Below, piece by piece: positions 51,904-64,000 of a stretch of DNA of 64,000 nucleotides (within the stretch, counting starts at the first letter, position 1; each line of letters begins with the position of its first letter). Where the stretch lies: the NCBI RefSeq assembly GCF_009914755.1, contig NC_060933.1; one strand, written 5' to 3'. The translations under genes were made by a program, and so were the position numbers. The notes under the pieces were generated by a model. That model made no database searches. It saw only the letters and a list, made by a program, of their open reading frames with translations, and was not told the origin of the DNA. The DNA comes from the human T2T-CHM13v2.0 reference genome, Homo sapiens.

Positions 51904-52639
51904 TGGAACTGCCTTTGCAAAAATTATGACATTGAGAGAAATCTAACATAACTGACTTAATCTTGCTTCTAACCTCAGAAGATAACTGCCCTTGCTCATT
52001 CCCGGGCATAGGCCAAGCTAACTATGGGAGGAATTTAGTTTATAGTTTAACCTTAAAGCAAGGATGATAATAGCTGCTTCCCAAAACTATTCCCCTCCTT
52101 GTTTGGGGACCAAAACCACCTTTGTAAAACTAATAGAGTCCACAAAATTAGAATTTTGGGAGGGGCCTGAATTCTGTAACACCTATGCATAGTTAAATGA
52201 TAACTAGTCATGGTTTCCTAATGTGCTTACTGCTCAGGAGTCATGTAGCTGGTGTTCAAAAGATTTAAAACTTCCCTACTTGCTCCTATAGATAACGTCA
52301 CTCTTGTAAAACCCAAGACTGGTGTTGGAGATATTTTTCAGACTTTGCATTCTGATGGAACAAATGATACCACCTGTCTGGTCACCCCCACCTAGGAATG
52401 AACTCAGTGCCTATGATTTCATTCCTGCCCCAGCCAAACAACATTTCCCATTTCCTAACCCTCTACCCACCAATCTATCCTTAAAAACCCTAGCCTCTGA
52501 GCCCTCAGGAAGGCGGATTTGGGAAACCTCTCCTGTCCTCCTGCTCAGCTGCCTTGCGATAATTAAATTATTTCTCTGCTATCTCAGTGTATTGGCTTTA
52601 TCTGTGCAGTGGGCAAGAAGAACCTATTGGGCTTTAACA
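51904..52639 (+). mobile_element. LTR8-family ERV1 solo LTR
   Basis: GAACTGCCTTTGCAAAAATTATGAC...TCTTGCTTCTAACCTC...GGAATTTAGTTTATAGTTTAA...GAACCTATTGGGCTTTAACA. Confidence 0.8.
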
Positions 52640-53299
52640 ACATTACCTCATCTCTTACCTGGACCACAGCCATACTCTCGTAACTCATCTCCCTTCTACT
52701 ATGTTTGATCCCCTATAAGCCTTTCTTTACACAACTATATGAAAATCTTCATATGTCACTCCTCTACTTGAAACCTTTCAATGTTTTTTTCATTGGCTCT
52801 GAATGAAACTAATACTTACCATGGCCACAAGACCATGTATGATCTGGTCTCCATCTATCCCATGAACTCATCTCATTCTGCTTTCCACCTGCACTCACTG
52901 TATCTCCAGGCACACCAGGCTTCCCTCAGGTCATCTCTCCAAGCACTTTCCCCCTTTGGGGGCTTTATAAGAGGTATGTGATCACACCCCAGCCTCCTTT
53001 CATGAGTTTGGAATCAACTAGGAAGAAAACACAAGGGTCAGACTGGACAGAGATAAAAATATCAGCTTTATTCTTAAAAGCACTGGGTTGGAGAACAAGT
53101 TTAGATGTGCAGCTATAATCAGACCTTCTTGGGAGCCAACATTTTCTTGTAGAAATACAAGGACTGAGGCATAGAGTTTCATCTCTATTTACTTCAGGCC
53201 TTTTTCTGTTTGTTTGTTTGTTTTTTGATTTCACAAACTACTACTTTGTATAATAGTAAAAAGGGTTGTTTTATGGTACCAGGCACGTTGTTAACACAA

Positions 53300-53712
<413 letters not shown>

Positions 53713-56225
53713 TAGTGTTATTCACATTTAGTCATTTTTTCAAGACACACATTTTGAAATTGTCAGCTTCTCTGGAGAAATATGATTAACCAAAACATAA
53801 TCTAGCACTGCCCCTCCCTCCCAAGAAAAATAAACAAACCAGCGGGTCAATTTAATCCTACATTGAGGGTGTAGTTTTGTGAAATAACACTTGTTGAACA
53901 TTAGTATCTAAATTATTCATAGAACTCAAACAGATATATTTAGCTTTTAACCATTCCTCCTTCAAAACAAACCATGAGCTCTTAGTGGAAAATATGATTT
54001 GACCACAAAAAACTTAAATATGAAGCAAAAAATGAACTTCAAGGTGAATGAATTCAAAGGTAATTTGTCTTGTAAACACTCTGATTTTGGAACAAATCAT
54101 GCCCTTTAGGAAAAACAAAAACAATGAAGCTACTCCTTTTGGTAAAGCTTCCCAGGCTGCTTGGGAAGCAAATACAAGAATACTACCTTAGAACAGAATC
54201 CTGTTGTACCGAGTGCTCTTCCCTACCTGCTCCTTGCACATTGCTATCCCCACTATGACCATGCGGGTCTCTAGGGCAAGTAGGAGTATTTCCTTTCGCA
54301 GGGAAGGAGACAGAGACACTCATGTGAAGTGATTGCCTGAAATTATATGCTACCTTAGCAGGAGATCCTAAATAAGATGGCCTAATCGTCATCCAGAAGT
54401 CTAAGGCCTTGGCCCGAGCCTGGCTGTGACCATTCATTCTGGACAGCCTCATCCTTACACGTGGGGGAAAGCCAATGGTATCAGTTAGAACTCTCTTTTC
54501 CAAGACCAGAAACCAAACTGACCTAGAAAGGGGATTTCAAAAAGGGGATTACTGTCTGGCTGCAGTGATGGCTTGATGAAGTAGGTCATGTTACCAAGAC
54601 CTAGTCTTTCTTTTGTCTTTTTGTTCCACATTCTCTGATTTGTCCTGTTTTCAGCCAAGCTTCTTCATTGTGGTAGCAGTTTGGTTGCTGTAGTTCCAAA
54701 CCTAACTTTCTATCACTTCAAATCCAGTGAAAAAAAGAGCAAAAATTTTTTTTGTTTTTTTTCCCAGAAGTCCCAGCCCAAGTTTTATTTGTGTCCCATT
54801 GACTCTAATTGAGTGGATCAGTCACTATGTTACTGGTGACATATGTCACTATGGCCACATGTTGTACCATGCCTTGGTCACTTGCTCCTCCACTTTGACT
54901 AGGCTGGAGGCAATTCTGCAGATTCAAAGATTCTGTAGCATCCTGCATAAAGAGGCTTCAGAGAAACCTGCAAAGGCAGGCTTTGGTTTTACTGTTTCTT
55001 TAAACTTTCCCATAGTTTGGGAGCAATATTTTGTGTAAGGAAATCAAGCTGTGTGAGAAAAGAAGGATGGATGCTGGGTGGAAAAACAACCCTCCACCTA
55101 TATATACTTTAGCAGCCTGTTCATATTTGAAGTTCTCAATGGGAGAATCTTTGCCTCAGATTTGGTTTCTAGAGCCATGTCAGCAGCTCCAGCTGTGAGG
55201 CGATGAAGCTGGAAGAGTCTAGAGAGGCTGTGTCCACCTTAGAAGCACCACTCAATCTCAGCAAACAACCTTTATTTTCACTTAATAAGCCACTAGCTCA
55301 AGAGACCTACCAATCCCTGGCATGCGTGCTAGGTGGCTAATTTCATGATCAAGAACCAACATGCTTCCTTCATGATCTAGAGAAGACAGAAGGACGGTAT
55401 TTCCAGTCTGCCAGCCATTAGTTAATTAAATTGCTTAATCACACCATTCCATGACAACTGGTAAATTAGCATCATCCCTCCATCCAAAGGGAATTAAAAA
55501 CCACGAAGATACATTATTCTGGGACAGTAAGACAGTTAACAGGAAGGCAATATGATTTAGGAGCCAAAAATATAAACAATGCTTTTCACACTACAGGTTT
55601 TCAATGTATTCATAGTCTTAAACTTAATAATAATGAGATTATTATTTATTGGAAGAATTTAGTTGTATTAGTTGAGAGAGCTAAAGGAAAAGGAACACTC
55701 CTAGTAAGGGAAAGGTTTCGTCTATTCCCGAATTTTACAATCCTTGATTTTTAAGTCATCTAGTGTTCCAGAATTGTTTTCATTTTACATTTAGCTTAGT
55801 TGAAGCAGGAAGCATTGCATGAGTTTCCTTCAACCACTGACAAAGCAGAAACTTGCAAACAACCTGGTTCTCCTGAGGCCCAGACTTTAGAAGGCTCCAC
55901 CATGCTACTTATGCTTTAAAACAAAAATTTCCCCCACTTTGTGTTTTATACAGATCTCAGTGCTAGAAGACAGGTTCACGTTTTTGTAGAGGATGTTGAG
56001 TTTCGTATGACCAGGGTTTATAGTTGCAGACAACTGAAGCTTACGTTGTATGATTTATTCTCACAGAATTTCTGGTAATGATGCAGAAGTAGGCTTGGAA
56101 ACCAAGCAGAAGACAGGAAGGTATTTAGCAGCCTGGAAGATGCCTGATAAACCCAGTCTGATGAGGGCTCTCCTACCTTCACCACTCAACACTCTGCTGC
56201 TACCAGAAACTGGATGCCATTGGAT

Positions 56226-56752
<527 letters not shown>

Positions 56753-57143
56753 CGTACTGGATGTCCCATTGCTACTGCCACGGCTGTCCGTGTAAACTAG
56801 CCACCACCTGCCACTCAAATGGATTTTCCAGGTGGTTCCTGGCTCTTTGCATCATGGGTTCTGAAAAGAACCTGAGTCAGGTATGTGTGATCGGTGTAGC
56901 CTCTGCTACAAGCCCCTGATTCGAGGGAGCAGAAAGCTCATGGTGTCTTCAGCATTGTTGGTGGGAAGTGGCCCCTGTCTTCTACTGAATCTTAAATTTC
57001 TCAAACATGGGGGTGGGCAGCCGTGAGGTCCAGATATTGGAGCACTGGTGGGGAAGACAAATGCCTATCCTATTTTCTCTTTAACATATATCCCTCCTCT
57101 TTTTTACTGTCTAGTGGCCTGTGAGTGGGGGCCAGGCATGATT

Positions 57144-57183
57144 TGTGTGTGTGTGTGTGTGTGTGTGGGTGTGTGTGTGTGTT
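57144..57183. repeat. (TG)n microsatellite
   Basis: Read directly; one interruption. Confidence 0.95.
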
Positions 57184-57223
57184 TGTCAGTGACTGGTTCA
57201 AGAACCCACATCTAAGCCAGTTA

Positions 57224-57790
<567 letters not shown>

Positions 57791-60006
57791 TTAAGAGACC
57801 AGCCTGGACAACAAGGTGAGACCCCCATCTCTATTTATAATAGTAATAAGAAAAGAAATGATCTTATCTTCATCCAGATATTTTTGTGTGTAGTGGCGAG
57901 GTCTAGAAATTTTGTAGCCATCCTGCTTCCAGCCAGAGATGAACACAGAGAGAAAACAAGGGCAGAAAGCATCCTGGTAGTTGCTCAGGTGTGGAGCTGG
58001 GACTACTGGATTAAGTTCCCTGAAGGCTGTTCTCCATCTGGATATCCAGTTATGTGCACAGGTTCATTTTTATTTGGCTTAAGCAACTTCAAGTTGTGTG
58101 TTCTGGTACTTACAGCCAAAACCAACCCAACTAAAAAGAAGATTCATGAATATGTGAAGTGCTTTTGTAACCTTATCATTTGCTGAAATCTGAAAGTATA
58201 GCATAATGTTGTTTTGGTTGAACTAGAAATTATTGATATTATGAAACTGTATTTCAAAGATTAGTATTTAAATTAATGCAACACAAACAACTGGAGATCT
58301 GCTTCATTAGGCCAGAGAAAGCAATTTATGATGATTGCCAGATTCTTGCTCTTTTTGCATGAAGGCTTGGAGGATGAAGAGCATGAGACAGCCTCTCAGG
58401 GAGTACCCTCTGAGGAGAGAAACATATTTAAATTTTTGGAAAGGCCTACAGTGCAAACATAAACAGGATTTTAGAGAACACTGCCCTCCCTCCGTTTTTC
58501 TTCATATGGTGGACAGCTGCTACTTTGGCCTGCCTAGCAACTTTCCCCACTTCTTTGAGAATAGCATTCTGCTTTTCCTTTGTATAACTCTCTCCTTCAT
58601 GCCCTGCAATCCTGTTGGGACCAGCCACCCAGGTCACACATCTGCTCTCAACCATTAGCCCCGAAGGTGGGCGTGTGATTTCTCACAGATTTTAGATCTC
58701 CAAGGGAGTGATGCAAGAGGGAAAATCTTCTTGGGATTATTCCCAAACGAACTCGCCATGGATCCCTGTTCTTGAAATCCCCAGAAATGGAAATACCTGA
58801 TTCCTGTTCTTTCTGTGTAGCTTGATTCTAGCCAGCCCCTCTAATGGCTTTGCTTAAGGTAGCCAGTGTGAGTTTCTGTCGTATGCCACCAAAGACCTTA
58901 GACCATACTCCACCAGAACAGTCTGTGAAAAAAAATCAAGCCTTCATGTAGGAGCTACATTTATGTTTTCACTAGACGTGCAAATACAAGTCTGATATAA
59001 ACCTGTTTATAGTAACTTCTATCACATGCCTAAACTATCATATAATCAATTGTTAAGAAAAGCTTTTTGGGAACCGAAGTGTATTTTATTTATTTATTCA
59101 TTTACCAGTTATGTGACACTTAGTGTGTTGAAGGCATTGCTTATTTGTTTAATCCTCATTACAATCTAGTAATGTAAGTACTATATTTATTCCTATTTTA
59201 CAGATTCTGAAACTAAAGCACAGAAAGGTTAAGTAATGTGCTCAGTGTCACACAGCTAGTAAATTATGGAGCTGCGATCCAAGCTGTGAGAGGCTGACTT
59301 CAGTCTGTGTTTTTTATCCATTGTGTAAAACTGCATCATTAGAAGACTGAAACTTAAAATATAAAATCAACTTCTAATAAATAGGATTAGATATATGGAA
59401 AAGCAGCTTAACAATAAAATATCTTCCAGGCCAGAAGCCAGAAAGAGAAACAGAGGTGTCTGAAGCCCTTGGATTGCAGCTTTCAATTTCTGAGCCAAAT
59501 AAAACTGCTTAGGATTTCCAGGTGGGCGGTGGGGGTGGGGGGTGGGAATCCTCATCTAATGAATGAGCAAGCACGAACTAAGTCCAAACACCTGCTACTT
59601 TTTTTTGTTGTTGTTGTTCACTGTTGCCAGGTGATCCATGATGAGCCTTGGATCAATAAGTAATTATAATTGACATAGTATATAATTAATTATGTAATTT
59701 CAACTTACTAAGTTTATTTCCACTAAGATTGTCCCATAAAACTGGGATATTTTAAAGGCTTCCATGGAAAAGGAGAGACTAAAGATCAAAGACTTTTTTA
59801 CATTTGACTCAGCTATGAATCATATCCTCTACAGTGTGAATTATCTCAGCCCACCATTATTAACTCTAGCAAATATAATGAAATTATTCTATCATTCATT
59901 CAACTTTATGCAGTTGGTGCCAAGTGCCAGCCACACTTCTGGGCACTGAGGATATGACAGTGAATAAGCAGGTGAAAATTCCTTCCTTGATGGCACCGAT
60001 ATTCTA

Positions 60007-60561
<555 letters not shown>

Positions 60562-60688
60562 TTATTGTATGTTTAAGGTTTCACAGGAACAGATTGTGCC
60601 CAAAGGAACTCTCCATGGATCCCAAATTTTGAATATATAAAATTTATATACTTTAATGTACTTAATTCTCACAACAACCTAAGATCTA

Positions 60689-61205
60689 CCGTAGTTCATA
60701 AATTTACTATTTTCATATCTTAACTTTTCTGAAATTGAGATGCATCTTACAAGCCATGGTCTCTTATTATTACTGTCAGTAGAGTGGAAGTGCCGATGGA
60801 GATACTGGGGGTGTTGCACTTGGCCAGAGCTGTTCATATTTTCAGCAGTTCAGGTGAATTATGAACATTGCTGATACGGCATGTGTTGGGTTACTTGTTG
60901 TTTATATGTTCCTGGTTCTTGTCTGAAACCTTCTGTTGACACCTGCTGTTCAGATCATCTTGCAGAATGGGTGCCAACAGCATGGAAGAAAGTCTCCAAG
61001 ATGGAGCTGGGAGTTAGATGAGGCATGCACAGTGGAGCATTTCTCTAGGAAATGCGGCTTCACCAGTCCTATTGCTGGAACAGATGGTAGTTTTGTATGG
61101 AAAAAGTCTGAGTAAGCATTGGATTCTAATGTAACAGGATTGTTTTTCATTGTAGTACATGGTGTGTATTGTAATCAAAGGCATCCTAGATTCAATGAAA
61201 TACAG
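60689..61205. mobile_element. Kanga/MER104-like Tc2 DNA transposon remnant inside a MIR
   Basis: TIR-like CCGTAGTTCAT... / ...TAGATTCAATGAAATACAG; internal GAAATTGAGATGCATCTTACAA. Confidence 0.6.
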
Positions 61206-61566
61206 AACTATTACCTCATTTTACAGAGGAGGAAGCTGAGCCACAATAATGTGAATTAACTTGCCCCAAACTTCACAGTTTGAGATGGCAGATCCAGGAC
61301 CTAATCCTGAACTGCATGGTTTCAGAGTTCACGTACTCAGTTAACTATTGTACTATGCTGCCTGTCAGTATAAATGCAGCTGGCTGAGGGAGGTTACCAC
61401 AGCCTGATTTACTTACTTAGTGAATCAGTATTCATTGCGTGCCCACCATGTGCCCGATATTGGCATATATTTGGGGACAGGCACAGTGGCGTGAAAGAAA
61501 TTAAAGCCTTGTGGAGTACATAGCTTAATAAAAAGGAATAGGTCTTAATCAAATAACAACAGGAGA

Positions 61567-61892
<326 letters not shown>

Positions 61893-62079
61893 TCAAGTTG
61901 CAAATGTGCAGTAAGTGGCAGGAGAGCTACATCATGCTGTTAAAATGTAAAAGCGAGGGGCCCTTTTATAACCTGAGGAATCATGGAAGGCTTCCTGGAG
62001 GGAGAGTCCTTTGGGCTAAAGGTAAATAGGCAAACAGGGTACAGGGAGAAGCATAGCAGAAGGAGGAAACAGCATGTAA

Positions 62080-62394
<315 letters not shown>

Positions 62395-64000
62395 TGAAGG
62401 TAGAGAAGTAGATGGAGATGAGATCACATATGGCCCTGTAGCCATGTTAAAGATTGTAGTCTCCATCCTGAAAGGAATGGGGGCCTTTTGTACCCCAAAA
62501 TGAGTCATTGACTATGGATGCCTTTGGAAGCGTCATAACCTTTTAGACAAAGCACTCCCATCAGACAAGGGTCATTCTTGGGAGAAGTGGGGCAGCTAAG
62601 AGCCATTAGCAGCCAATAGCCACAGTAAGCAGTGGTTGAGACTTTCTACTTGGTACTGGGGATTTAGGGAACATTTCAGCATCCACTATGAGAATTGTGC
62701 TCAGCTTCATGGTTCATAGTGTCCACGAAGTAAAAACCAGCTACTCTGAAGAAGAAGAATTCCTCTTGCTGAAACCAGGATAAATTTGTTCTGATGTGGT
62801 GTGATTTGCAATGTTCTCAGTAATATCCCTAGAGTAGACTCAGGGCTGTTTCTTCCAGTTCTCCTGAGAACAGGGCAATCAGATGCTGTGAGAAGCCAGA
62901 GTTGCCACAGGTACAGAGCTTTTTTGATCTGTATGTGGCAGATTTGGCTCCCAATGGAATCCACTGACTTCTCACTTCCAGGGGGTAGCTCAGAGGTGAA
63001 ACTATAAAGTCGGTGGAGAGTATCTTCTCTGTCCCTGCCTCACTACCACCCTCTCAGCATCCTTTTCTGTCCCCACTTCACTACTACCTTTCTTCCATTT
63101 GATCTCCAACTTTAAATTGTTTTCCAGATATTTCTTTCTTTCTTTTTTTCTAAAGGAACTTAACTTTAAAAAGTGTTAGAGATTTATGGTACACGTAGGA
63201 TGTTTGCATTTTAAAGACCACTGGGAACCAACAGTGTTTATCATAGGGAAATGAATAACTATTCATATAATTTAAGGCATGTGGACCCCTTTAAATTATG
63301 TAAGATGACTAAGCTCCTCATACAAACTACATACACAGGGTGATCGAATAAGCAAACAGTAGAGAAAAGTTGGGAAGCTCTTATTCTGCACTCTCACTTT
63401 GCATATAGAACAATCCAGGCCATTACTCTTAGCTAATCTTCTTTTCCTCTCCCTTCCTGTGTCTTAGTTTTCTCTTCACCAAATAGAGAGAGTGGCAGGG
63501 TAGATGGCATTGCTAGGCCCAATCAAAGACAGAGACAAGGATGGAATAATTCTGATACATTCATTTTCCCCATGGCAGTGATAACCAGCACAACAGCAAT
63601 GGCACAACCAACAATTACTGAATGTCTTCCAGCTGTCAAGTTCCTTTCAGTTTCCAAGTCTTGTGAAAAGGAAGATGTCAGTGGATTTTCTGGCTAATGA
63701 GAGCCAAACCTCAACCTTTGGATCCTTCTTAGTTTCATCAGCTTGAGTACACATAGAAGCTGACCTAGAATGGGTGCTAAAATGGCTAGAAAAAAATAGA
63801 CCACTGTAGTCTTTCCTAGACTTACACTTAGCACTGGGGAGAAGCTGGCTCAGTTAAAAATTTACCTTACAGACAAAGTAAACTGTCCAAAGCCACAGAG
63901 TTCCAAGAAGAGGCTTTGGGGCAGGGGTGACATTGGCAGGTGCCAATGAGGACTTTGCTAGGGTTAAGTTATTTTATTATGGAAAAACAAATGAAATGAT

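Overview
Human (primate) genomic DNA containing the complete thioredoxin-1 gene TXN on the minus strand. It has 5 coding exons at 37973-37950, 32987-32883, 32404-32345, 26373-26308 and 25749-25687. They total 318 nt and give the canonical 105-aa protein with WCGPC; all four introns are GT-AG and phase 0. TXN has a CpG-island promoter with TATA, GC boxes and an NRF2 ARE, and three tandem AATAAA signals. I recognise the locus as 9q31.3 from the protein; I have not mapped it. The rest is mostly transposon-derived: a full-length inactive L1PA4-6-type element with TSD, about 40 Alu/FLAM copies, four THE1/MST solo LTRs, MER54-, MER50- and LTR8-like LTRs, Tigger3b, MER5A, MER53, a Kanga/MER104-like element, MIR, L2 and old L1M. 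Repeat family names come from recalled consensus sequences and need RepeatMasker confirmation. I see no second protein-coding gene and cannot claim a demonstrated new biological system. Best leads: (1) a 368-bp non-L1 insertion without TSD or poly(A) inside L1 ORF2, carrying a consensus splice donor; (2) a stop-free 165-nt TXN exon 2-3 cassette flanked by inverted Alus, a candidate rolling-circle-translated circRNA encoding tandem WCGPC units; (3) a 70-bp polyadenylated MER41-like retrocopy with a 16-bp TSD inside the Tigger in intron 3; (4) several templated-insertion repair scars.
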